From Nemertoderma westbladi (lineage: Eukaryota > Animalia > Xenacoelomorpha), in assembly GCA_032718475.1 (NCBI GenBank), contig JAUCBJ010007522.1, forward strand, positions 1 through 64,000: a DNA stretch of 64,000 nt, written 5' to 3'. The notes under the pieces were generated by a model, which was given only the letters and a program-made list of their open reading frames with translations, had not been told where the DNA came from and made no database searches. Positions 9,857-21,642 of the stretch are shown here, in pieces. Made by a program: the position numbers and the translations under genes. The number at the start of each line of letters is the position of its first letter. The stretch's first letter is position 1.

Positions 9857-11218
9857 TTAGTTTTTCTTGCGCAGACGGCGTTTACGCAGTTTTTTAAAGC
9901 TAGCAAGAGTCTTTTTCTCTTTGGGGCGAGCCACTTTACAAGGAGGGCTATAACTCCTGGGTGAAGGGTGCAATATGATTGCATCAGAAGGCGTGGGATT
10001 ATAGTCGGGGTATCCGCCGTTTCAATATGTTTCTCCTCGAGCTGATTTTCCTCCGCTCATCATTGGATACGTTCGTCTAAAACTCTCGCCGAGAATAGGG
10101 TCGTCCAAGTTCAATATCGTCTTAGAGACTATGGATTTCCCAATCGAACTGGGATAAAGCCAATCCGTTTACCGCTTGGACTTGCTGTTATAATTTAGGT
10201 TTATCTGAGCAAACGTAGATTTCTTTTCTGATCTTTGTAGAATAGCGTCTATCTCTTTTCGTACAACGCTCTCCTCCACCTTGATGACAGGTGGTATCGT
10301 GTTAAACGGGAACGATTCCGATTATACGATTGAATGGCGATATCGGGTGCCCGTGCCCCAATCCGGCCAGGTAAGATGGGCGGATATTTAGGGAGCCCAC
10401 AACCTGAGTGCCACCGACTAACGGTTCGGCTAACACTGGATCTCTGAACGGTAAGTACAGTTCGTGATAATCCGTGATACTGTTAGGATCAAGAGTCTGA
10501 GGTCTAACTAAGGAATGAGGAGGTCTGACCGAGCATTCCGGAACTCAGATCATAGGTCTACTCAAGGATCGCCTGAGTCGAGAGAGCGTGGGTAACACAT
10601 CGAACAAGTTTCTCCCGAAACTCCCGCAAACACAGCGAGCAAACCGCGTTCAAAGCAACGTCTCCACTGGTGTTCATGTCTTTCCGTTTGTTGGTTGGTC
10701 TTGGGCATTCATCGTAATAATACCAAGACACACGTCTTATAGGGGAAACGTGGGTGATATTTATTTGGTGTTACAATGCTTCTCTTCAAGAATTCTAAAT
10801 ATACGTTGGAGTTACCGAGTTTATCAGCTTCTTGAACGTCCTTTCTTTCGAGTCGATTTCGAATAGAATTTTCGCATTCGAATTTCAGTTTATTGTTACG
10901 ACTCCGCTGGGTATGATATTTAAATAAAACCATTTCCCTTTCGGTGTCTACATCATCGGTGTCGTGTAAATCAATAGGATGACCAGTAGTCAAGAAGTCC
11001 ATATACGTACCATTACGATGCGTATAGCGAGCAGTGAATTTTCTATAGTCCAATTCACGCGTAAGTTGCTCCTGGGACATTGGCGGTTCGATATAACGAC
11101 CATCATCCTCCGTAGTAGTTGGATCAGCGTCGCCGCGTATCAAGCTATCGACAAACGCTTGTAAAGGTAGAGTATATCTCTCCCTGATACCAAGATCATC
11201 TTCTATTAATTCAGTCAT
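9857..11218 (-). pseudogene. Degenerate accessory ORF of unknown function downstream of BEL gag-pro
   Basis: 169-aa ORF 10709..11218 plus further coding-like frames broken by stops (SAHLTWPDWGTGTRYRHSIV*SESFPFNTIPPVIKVEESVVRKEIDAIL..), ending in basic tail KKLRKRRLRKKN*. Confidence 0.5.
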
Positions 11219-12039
11219 ATCTGCTATACGAGTTCACCAATATTATAATGAGTTTATATATTGTTAGGCGAGCGGGCGTTGCTGCCTATTTCTCCCTTGC
11301 CCCCGGACAGTGTGAGATTCTCAGCGCCGATGTACCGCTGTCGCTGTACTTTCGCCAACGACGTAGCCGTACAACGACAACGATAACCGGCACAAGTCAC
11401 TCCACTGTCCGTCCCAAAGGCTTAGATGTACTTCAGGTTTTCCTTGGAGAGTTAGGTTACTTTCACGATTGCGACTAGCTACTGTAAACACACTTTAGCA
11501 GTAACATTCACCTATAAACTCACGAATACCACACAACTTGTCACAACTACACACATTCGGGCCATTTGTCCGTTAGTCAATGCCTTCCAGAATGTCACTG
11601 TATTATTATGTATCCTTGGATACTAGCAGTGCGCTATTTATTCCCTATGCTATTCAATGGGACAAGCTTTCTATTGTTCTTTTAACTCAATTCTAATTCT
11701 AGCGTGGTTGTTGCTATGGTGACATTATGTAAAGCTAGCGGTAGAATTAGGGTAATTCCAATGCATACAGATCTGGGATGTTATTTAATAGTAATTCTTT
11801 AATAGTCAATGTCCTGTTTTATACATGACTTTATGAATTTTATCGGCTATTGACTATGTTTGGGAGACTTTCGCACACTCATACGCATAATAAGATAAAT
11901 CTCCGCTCCCTTGATCTATTAATTAATGGAATTTTGGGAATGTTATAAATTGCGTAAAAATGGCAATTTATTAAATTCATTAAAAGGCATGAATTAAATT
12001 TTTTCCCTGAAATTTTATTATTTGATAATTAAATTGACA

Positions 12040-12357
12040 TATTTTGATTCTAGAACATGTCTGGGGACACAAGATCCTTAATTCTATGACAATTGTCCTT
12101 TTAAGAATATCGGTAAATGCTACGATATCTTAATTGACTAGAATTGTTGAAGGATCTGAATTTTACAGATTTTGATTTATTAGATTTGCAAATATTAAAT
12201 AATTAATATTTGAGATGGGCACCGATTTATTCCAGAACTTGTCTGGGGACGTTAACCACTGATTCTATAATTTGTCTTTCAAGTATATCGGTGGGTGCCG
12301 CGATATCTTAATCGACTAGAATTACAGATGGTCAAAGGGTTTAACAGATTTATTTTG
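12040..12357. repeat. Two diverged tandem copies of a ~130-180 bp unit
   Basis: AGAACATGTCTGGGGAC..ATATCGGT..CGATATCTTAATTGACTAGAATT..ACAGATTT recurs at about 12052 and 12234. Confidence 0.7.
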
Positions 12358-12869
12358 CGTTATACGCTACTGTTAAAGGGACATCACGCTACTATATGTA
12401 TTATTTAATATACGGTATGAGAGCAATATCGCACGAAGCAATGTCAGTGTGAAGAGGCAAGTCGTTTCCAAGGTCTACCCAGAGCTTGGTTTAGCCGAGA
12501 CACGAGGATCTGAACTTTGCATTCCTAATACTCTGCCTACCAATAATACTTGAATATAGTAGTGGCTTTATTGTACTTTAATAAGTACGGACATTTCATC
12601 TTACTGTAGTTACGTATTTATAATATAATACAGACAGTAAGGAAAGAGAAAAAATAATTATTTCTTCGCCGTCGCACTAAATATAATATAAGTAATTACG
12701 TACGCAATAAACACGAATATATTGCACTATTCTACAAAATAATCGCTAAATAATATTCTACTAAATTAAATAAAACGATTATAATAAAATTACGTAGTAA
12801 TACATACATAAATATAAAAATAATAAAATAATATAAAATAATAGAGTCACACACCCACTCCATATGTTG

Positions 12870-15800
12870 TTACGTTATGGAGTCCCTAGATGTTTGAAGG
12901 ATTAGGGAGGTGGTCGTGGGAAGAGAATCTTGCCTTCCACAGTTTCCGGAGAGTCCTCCATTCCCTTCCGGTAAACACAAACGACCAGCTGGGCGATTGA
13001 GTCGCTGCATCCCGAATACAATTCCAGGTTTCCTCTTCGTCCTGGAATAGTGACGATAGAAACATCGCTCTAAGTGCACGACGGCCTTACAAAGCCGATT
13101 CCAGGAGCTATAGTGGTCCGTCGCTCCCTGCAGGAGAGGTGAGAGTCCCTGCGAGACGTCTGATGTTCCAGAGCTCCAATCGCTCTCTCTGATCTTCATG
13201 AAGGATCCACTCGCGGTGGGGAGGTCCAGATCCACGGCGTCGTCCCTGGCAATATGTAATACCGACAGATCTATCCCGGGTTCAAATAACTCCGCTCCAC
13301 CCGTCCGGGTTTTAGGTTTAACTTTCTCCGCTCCCTTGGCTGGTCTAATCTCAGTCGGAGTAAGATGGGGAGGCCATTCATCCTCCTTACTCAGGAAGTC
13401 GGGTTCACCTAACCGGTCTGTAGTATCTGTCAGTTCTTGAGGAGTTGCTCCTCTGGAAGCGATGTCAGTTGGATTAAACTTCTTGGGGCAATATCTCCAT
13501 TGATCTACATTGGAGCTAATATCGTCATTATCTGAGGAGTATGGTGTTCCCTCAGTTGGGTCGTCTCCCTCACTAGTATCATCTTCCCATTCACTCACCT
13601 GGCGGACGCGATCTTGAAGCAGTCTTTCTCTGAGCGTTCTTCGGGAAGGTCCAGTAAGGTACCAACCTACTCTAGTTCTTACCGCATAGGTCTGAAGTGG
13701 TTGCGGTTGAGCAGGTCGTTTCTCCAATGTCTCCAGCACCTCATGTGCGTTTTGACCGATTAATATTTGTACTCCAGGATAATCAGTGTCGAATCTAGGG
13801 ATGTTAAGTTGTTGGGCATGATCATCTTCGTCCCAATTATAAGGTTCCACTTGGGTGGTAGCGAAGTTCTTTATTGCCACCATTTTGACTGACCTTATAC
13901 TGTATTCTCCTAGTTTATCCTGTGGAGTGGACAACTCACCTATATAATAGTCGGCAGCTACAGCAGATTTCCAAACCTGCATGATCCCTGATATGTTTAG
14001 CTTGGTTCGGAACTTGGGTTGTCCAGTAAAGATGTCTTCGGCTAGTTCTTTATCGATGAATGTTCCTGTGCTGCCGGAGTCCAGGAGGGCGTTCACTATA
14101 TAGCTCTTCTGAGGTCCGTGGACCCGTAACTGGACTACAGGAAATTCTCGGATTCCTATATTGGAAGTTGGCGCTTTCCAAGATGGTTGTTGATCTGAAG
14201 TAGTTAGGGTGAGGTCGCTGTCTGTGTCTTTCTCATACATGAGTGCTCGATACACTGCGGTGGTGTTTATTAAGTAACAGGATTCGTTTTCGTCGGAGAA
14301 CTCGTCCGTATAGAATCCTTCCATCTCAGATTGATCAGTGTCGTTCACATCACTGAATTGGACATGTAGTTCGGACTCACTTACCTGACTCGGGCTGTTT
14401 CGTTCGAATTCCGTGTGCAACAAGATATGATGTTTTGCGCCGCACTTTGCACACCTTGCGTCGGAGTAACAGGTTCGCCGTTGGTGTCCTCGTCTGAGGC
14501 AATTATAACACAACCGCTTATCCCACATGACTTCACGTCTATCCTTTAGTGATTTCCTCAGGAATTTATCACACGCATTTAAACGGTGGGGCCCGTCGCA
14601 CAGCACACATTTCGGCTTGATGTTACTTACTTTAACCTGTGCTATGTGGTGCACACTTGTTCTTTCCTCGGGCTTTCTCACCTGAATTCTTTTAGGAGAC
14701 GTAGGAGGGGTTTTTTGTACCGGTTCCCTTCTGTCATTGGGTCGAGACTTGGATTTACTTACCTGATCTTTAGGCATTTTATTGACATAATAAGATCTGT
14801 CAGTGTCTTTCCCGCTGTCCTCTCCTTGAGAAGTTTGGCTTTCACCGTCGTCGGTATAACATACTGGTGTTACCCTTCTCCTAGAAACGGGTTTCTCACT
14901 TACCTTACTTTCCGCTGTCTTCTCTCTGGACTGCTTTATGTGCTGTAATTTCACCTCGCTATCCAAGAATGACATGAGATCAGCCATGGTAGGGTCTCGT
15001 TGTTGTTGTTCCATCATATATAACACCTTCTTGTCCCAGCGTGTACCTACTCCACCCTTGGGCAAAGTAGATGCTAAGGCTCCTACAACCATAGAATTCT
15101 GGTATTCATGAGACTTACCTAACCAATCTAGTTGTCTACAGATCTCCTGAATCTCATCGGAAAACTCTATAATCCCGCTGCTAAGAAACTTTCGGGGCGC
15201 CATTAATTTCGCATATAAATACCTAGCTATGTTAGTCCTATTACCATACCTGATGTTTAGTGTATCCCAAACTTGTCTTAATCCATCTGGATGTCCAATA
15301 AATTTTAACGCCATTGACTTGGGAGGTCCTTCCAAACACTCGATGAGGAATCTAAGTTTCTCTCCATTAGATAGTACAGAGTTCTGTATGTTATCTTTAT
15401 AATATTCATTAAAAGGTAACCATTTCATCTCATCTCCATTGAACTTGACGATCTCTCCCACCTTTACCGCTTGCCGGGCTTCGGTTCTAGCCATTTGGCG
15501 CGTAAAACTTTCTTGGGCCATCGTGTTATTTAATATCGACTTATCGGTATATAAATTTCTCGGATTATGATCAGTTCTATAGGGAATGTCATTATCAACA
15601 GGTCTATAATTACCCTTAATAGGGTTCACTATAGGAGTTTCTACTTCGCTAGCAGTATATATGCGTGTAGGCTCCACACCTTGCGCATGAGATACTTCAG
15701 ACCTAACAGGTTGACACATTGTTACTGAGGGTGGTGGTATACCCCTTTGTGTATTTACTAATTTATCGCGTTCGAGCGCGATACTTTGCTGCACTTCTTG

Positions 15801-17390
15801 CAACTCTAGTCTACTTTCCCTTACTGTGCCCTTGAATTGCTGAACAGTCTCCTGCATCTGCCCGAGCAGGAGATCCATCCCCCGCCGTCTCTCGTCCACC
15901 CATTCGACCGCCGAAGCGGGAGTCGCCAACGTTGTAGCGGGCGGACGAGGGACAACGGGCGACAAATCATGAATATTTCGCTCGGGGTCCAGGACCTGAA
16001 CTGTCTCCTGGGCAGTTCTACTGGGCACAGGTAGCTTAGTGCTATGCAGAGGGAATTTAGAGGTAGCTTCAGGGAGCACAGGTGTATCTATCACCGAAGG
16101 GGTGATTTCAAGAACAGGCCTAATTATTTCAGGCTCATCTACTATAGTAGGGAGTCTTTCTATTTTAATTATTTGGTCTGTGGGCTCTGTACTACCTAAG
16201 TTGGTGTTATTTAGTTGCCTTCTAACAGCTGGAGGCAAATCAGGCAATTTCTGACGGTGGAATGTTCTTTTACGTCTGCTTAGACGAGATCTATTTCCTT
16301 TGCCTTCAGTATCAGTGGTATCGCCTTCCTCAGATGATGTATATCCCTGTCTTTTGGGAGTAGATCGATTCATCATCTGCATATTACTAGCTGTTAACTG
16401 TTTATTTATGCAGTCTTGATTCTCCTGAATGTTTTCCAATTCTAATTGGATGGTTTCTTCAGCCGCTCTCCGTTCTGCTTCTGCCACTGCCTCCGCCGCT
16501 TTTCTTTCCGCTTCGGCCGCTGCCATTGCCGCCTTTCTTTCTGCTTCTGCCGCTGCCATTGCCGCCTTTCTTTCTGCTTCTGCCGCTTTTGCCTCTGCCG
16601 CTGCCTTTGCCGCTGCCGCTGCCGCTTTTCTTTCAGCTTCGGCCGCTTTTGCCTCTGCCGCTGCCTCTGCCGCTGCCGCTTTTCTTTCTGCTTCTGCAGC
16701 TACCACTGCTGCTTTCTTTCTGTCTTCTATGCGTTTTTTCTTTACTTGTTCTTCTTGGACTCGTGTCAGGCGGAGTTGTTCATCAAATTTAGCCTGATTC
16801 GCAGCCCTCATTTCCACATCGATGGCATCCAACACAAGCTTGGTTCCTTCACTATTAGGGCTAAGTCCCTCTAACCTTCTCCTCAACTCGTCATCACCTA
16901 AAAAACGTTGATAGTCTGACAGATAGATGTCAATGGCATCCCTCTTATGCGGTTTCTCTGCTGTCGCTTCGCTTTCTTCTTGAGAAAAAGTGGCGTCGGT
17001 TGATTCTTCATAGGTTGGCCGTTCATCATAAACCGTATCCGCCATCTTCGCTCCGCGTTAGGGCGTCCGCTCAACAGTATCCGAACTACTGGAGCTGTCG
17101 GACCGCTGAGAAATAAGTTCTTGGCTCGCGGGTTGTTGCTGTTCTGCTGCTTCTTGGTCTCGCTTGACCTGAGCTCGAGTGCCTATGATGGACCTACGAT
17201 GTTGGACCAGCCTCGGTTCTGTTATTACTACTGTAGGGATGACCTTGCTTACAGTAGGAGGGGACTTGGACTTTGGTCTTAGACGCTCTATACTCTTAGC
17301 TGAGTCCCAGATCTTTTTAAGACCCTGTCTAACACTCATTCTAGCACTTTCTAAGAGGCTATCTGACAATGTTTGTTTTGTGTCAGACAT
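12870..17390 (-). CDS. BEL/Pao Gag-protease polyprotein, internally deleted (no RT, no integrase core); one in-frame TAA at 17058-17060
   Basis: DUF1759-type KFNGDEMKWLPF, triple zinc knuckle (CVLCDGPHRLNAC, CYNCLRRGHQRRTC, CAKCGAKHHILLH), aspartic protease ALLDSGS, RNase H tail QWRYCPKKFNPTDIASRG, pol C-terminal RPAGRLCLPE. ORFs 17058..17390 and 12870..17045 are in the same frame. Confidence 0.9.
16455..16720 (-). repeat. Coding tandem repeat in Gag (AEAERKAA / AEAKAA helical units)
   Basis: Visible repeats of about 33 nt encoding an Ala/Glu/Lys/Arg helix. Confidence 0.85.
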
Positions 17391-18799
17391 GTTTGTTTGA
17401 TTGTACAGTTGAATGCCTACTGCTATATTACAGTCTAAGCAAGTCTAGTAATTCAGCATTAACTGCTAGCCTAGTAATTAATTACCGATACTGCTACTCA
17501 GTGTAGCGTGATATATATATAATATATTAGAATACCGGTATGCTTATGGTATATAGAAGTATTATTACAGACTAGGTTTTTCACAAAATACCGGTATATA
17601 ATTTTAGCACAAAAATATATATAAATATATAATAGGCCTATCGTGGATACCGGTATGCAGTTTACACTTATAGTATATATAAGTATAATTATTAACTAAA
17701 ATTAATTACAGAATACCGGTATGATTTCAACCTAAAATTTATAGAAATAAATATAATAAGCCTATTGTAAATACCGGTATGTCAATTATTTTAGAATAAT
17801 TGAATTTCTGAATTTTAAGGGTTACTTGGTTACTTTAACTTACTTTATTACCGTTATTTAAGCAGTAGTCCAACTGATATTGAGACCTAATTGTTGTATG
17901 GCAGGCCTACTATTTATAAATCGTTTGAGTTGATTTATAATATATATACCCGTTTTAATGGGTTTTGTCAATGTTTGAAATAAATGTTATTATTTCTGGG
18001 GAGTAATCACTACACAAAGCGGTGCGCTTTCAGTGAAGTGTTACTTATAGGACACTAAAACAAATAATTCTAATTTACCTAAGTTACTTAATACTACAAA
18101 TTACGTACGATTCGGGTTGAGATTACAATCTCTAAATAAACACAAAAATTTACAAAAAACACAAAATACGAATTTTTAGGGTAATTTTACAAGAAGTCTA
18201 CAAACCAGCCTAACAAAGGGTTAGAAATCTGGTTATTACAACGGACAGGGTACTGCGGTATTTGAAAATAATACGTAGTAGTAAATACACTGCGTTGTCC
18301 AGTTAGGAAAATACCACCGCCTGACGACCTATAGCCGTATCGCTATAGGTACTACGTTATGTATCACGGAGTGTCCCTACCTAGAGGTTAATAGAGCTAA
18401 TCGAACGTGCCTATCAACCACTTTACAACACAAATATAATGCCTACACTAATTACTTTCGGAAAGCACTGTACACTAAACCCTAAATTAGGTACGAGTAC
18501 TTGTACAACATATAATCAGTAGTTAAATATACTTGAACAGCTAAAAGAACCACGGCATCTGCTGGAGTGACCGGTGCACAAAATCACCAGTCTTTACCTA
18601 CGCCAAGCAGCCCGTGTAGTACCGGGGTTAGTTTAACTATAACGGTATGTATAACAAACACAATTACTGTAGGAACAAACTTGGGGAATGAATGTTGCGA
18701 ATAATCGCATAAACTCTGAATAATAAATATTACGCTACGCGTACAAACTACTCAAACAAAATGCAGACCAAATACTGACAGACTACTATCAAGCCTAAA

Positions 18800-19790
18800 T
18801 GTAAGGGCCGGACTGCGTTGAACGATGAGCTGGGCCAATCATAGGGCACGAAGCACTTTATTGCTCAATTGTGAAGCTGTGGAAAATTCTGTTTAGTTTC
18901 CATGTGCAATTTCTAGTATAAAAAGGCCGGTTTGCCTTCGGTTATCACCCTTATGTTATGTCACTTCTTACCACTTTGTAAAACTCTTATTCTTGTAAAA
19001 TTTAGTTTATTTCGGTTTCTTGTTGAAACTTGTTTGATAATTCTTTTGTAAAACTGTAAATATACTGCAAATTCCTGACATGTTTTCTTTTGGTCCAACT
19101 TCGGGACAGCCGAACATCAGGGAGATGGCAGCCTAGACCGTTAGGCCGTAAGCAACGCAGGGAAGGGATGTCCACAACACGCTAGCGCCCACATTGGATC
19201 GACCGCGCACCCCCTTTGCCCCTTCGAAATGCTCAACTTGCTATGCAGCGCCCGCTTTGTGAGAAAGGTAAGACTTTGTTCGACGCCCTTGCCCGCCGTA
19301 AGACCTATAGATCAGGGTAAGCATGACACCGTACTGGACGCCGCAAATTTAGGATCAAATAATTATATCCAGACACCCCCCCTTTTGTCAGTCCTACGAA
19401 CCCCTGGGTTAACCTGTACTTCCTACAGGTGCGAACTATTGCCATTCGTCAGTACGCGAGTACATATTAGGTACGGACAGCATACGTTCCATAATTTAGT
19501 GATTCATAGCACTGACTGTTTGGTACCGGTTCGCTTTGTAGAACGTACATTAGTACCCCCCCCCCCCCTGTCTGGAGTTAGCTATTTGATCAGGCAAGGA
19601 GTATTTCTGCTACCGGCACACTGCTTGGCCTAGGGAGGTTTATTAATATCCTACCGCGCCTTGCCACGTACTGATAGGTATTGCTGCTAACTACCGCAGC
19701 AACAAAGTTCTAGAATTAAATTAGTATACCAGATCAGCTAACGTACGGTAGCGATTAACCCCTATTCTTATCTTACAACCAGAATCTGGT
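18800..19790 (+). mobile_element. LTR (about 1 kb) followed by repetitive 5'UTR-like sequence to about 20660
   Basis: Starts TGTAAGGG at 18800, CCAAT at about 18835, TATAAAA at about 18917; diverged inverted copy at 28541..29520. Confidence 0.65.
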
Positions 19791-20668
19791 ATTAGTGCCG
19801 ATCACGGGTGTAGTTACTAACACTGTGGTTGCCCATTGGGTTGTGGATAGGAAGGAGAGAGCTTTGACGTCATTCGTGAGTATAAAGTTCTACAAACGCG
19901 ACTAGTTTATTTTAGTAGCTAGCGCACGGTATCATTTTAGTCAGAAAATCACTAAAACCTAGTAAAAGGAATTACACGAAATTGTTTTATTTGTAACACA
20001 CCCACACACACACGCCCTAAAACATATTGCCCTTAAAGTTCTACTAGCTATAGCGTACTATACATTACTTTAGGTGGAAATTGTCTGTATTTGCAAAATT
20101 AGGATCTGATTTAGTTGCGGCGATAAGGAGTATTTCATTTCGTTATTAAACTGTTGGTTTCTGTCCAGCAGTTATTGTTACATTTAGGCTTGACCCTTTA
20201 GACTGATTTCGTACAGGGGGATCAGTTATTGTTACATTTAGGTACGACCCCTTTTCGACTGATTTAGGACTGTCAGTGTTGTTACGCTAGGTCTGTTAAC
20301 CCACTAGCTCGTATATAAACCATATAAATCACACCGCGGCAAGTTACTGTATTTAGGACTGTCAGTGATAGTTAGGATTCGCTGCGCGGGGATTGTTTTC
20401 CCGTGAGTTTGGTCTGTTACTGTAACTGTACATCTGCCTCACCGGTTAGAGAACAGGTATCCTTCTGTCTAGTACGTAGGCATTCGACCCGCTCACGTAC
20501 ATAGAATAGATACAAGGCTCTGTTCCTCGCCAGTAGTCGTTTGTGTACTGTATCTGTTTGTTTAGATATCCTGGACTGGGATTTGTTGTCAGATACTGTA
20601 CGAGCCCGTATACATTACTAGAGTCTCATAGTAAGATACATCGTTACTAGGATCTGGTAAGCGGTATA

Positions 20669-21642
20669 CTACTGGACCCTTACAGCCTCCTTCCCAGAGC
20701 AAGCTATGTCTTCACCAGGAGGTAATACCGGCCTATGTAATGACTCAAGAGCTAAGGCTTTCCTTGCTATTACTGCCGTTTCTGTCAGTTGGCGAGTCAG
20801 CATGGATGAGAGTTTACTGTCATTATATCTAGATGCCATCTCATGAAAGGCAGATAGTATAAGCCGTATCCTACAAATGATTTCCTTTACCTCAAGATAC
20901 TTAGCTGGGTTTGTCTTAGGGTCTGGTTGCTCAAGTTTTAATTTATGGGTCACCATTTCTATATGATGCTCAAATTTGCTTACATGTATGCATGCCTCGG
21001 TAACCAATTGCTCAATATTGGTAACGCCCCGAGGTACCTTTAACCTATATAGTTCATCCCAAGGTAGCTCATTGAATCTGAAGAACTTATCTAGGGCTGG
21101 CTGGTTATAGTATAAGTTGACCAGGTAATGTAGTTCGTCGGTGTATATGTCCTGTTCAATGGCTAATATACCCTCTTCAACCTTGTGCCGGTAGCTGTCT
21201 ATCTCCTCTAACAGGAAAGCTAGTCTGACTTGGGGAGTAGACAAGAGAGGCTCGTTAAAACTGAGCTGCTGACTTGCACTAGCTAGTAAAGTCGGAACTT
21301 CCTCGCTACTTGTTTGGGAGTGAGTAAACATGATTGGGGAAGTATCTGCCAATAACGGCTGACCCTGACCTTGACCAATGCCGTCTTCAAAGTTAATAAG
21401 GTCAGTGGCCGGGCGATTGGTGACCTATCTCCATCCATTGGTTTGTCAGAAAGGTTCTGGCCAAGTCTAGCTTCTTCCGCCTCCCTGGAGACCTGCCTGG
21501 TTCGTATTCTTGAACGCTCCCAAATTTTCTTACTGCGAACTGGTTGAGCTATCATAGGCATAGTGTGAGGTGGTATAAGCCCCGCAGGGTTCAGTGTGAG
21601 GGGTTCTGACTTTCGACTCAAATCGCTATCAGTGGTTGACAT
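20669..21642 (-). pseudogene. N-terminal gag-like fragment of another LTR element (frameshifted, 3'-truncated)
   Basis: Overlapping 119-aa and 227-aa ORFs, helical; preceded by a long UTR and an LTR-like segment, same layout as the other BEL gag starts. No diagnostic domain remains. Confidence 0.55.

Noticed and set aside
16429-16874. Plus-strand Ala-, Cys/Arg- and Leu/Pro-rich ORFs (also 37024..37717 minus)
   Set aside because: Antisense shadows of Gag coding repeats.
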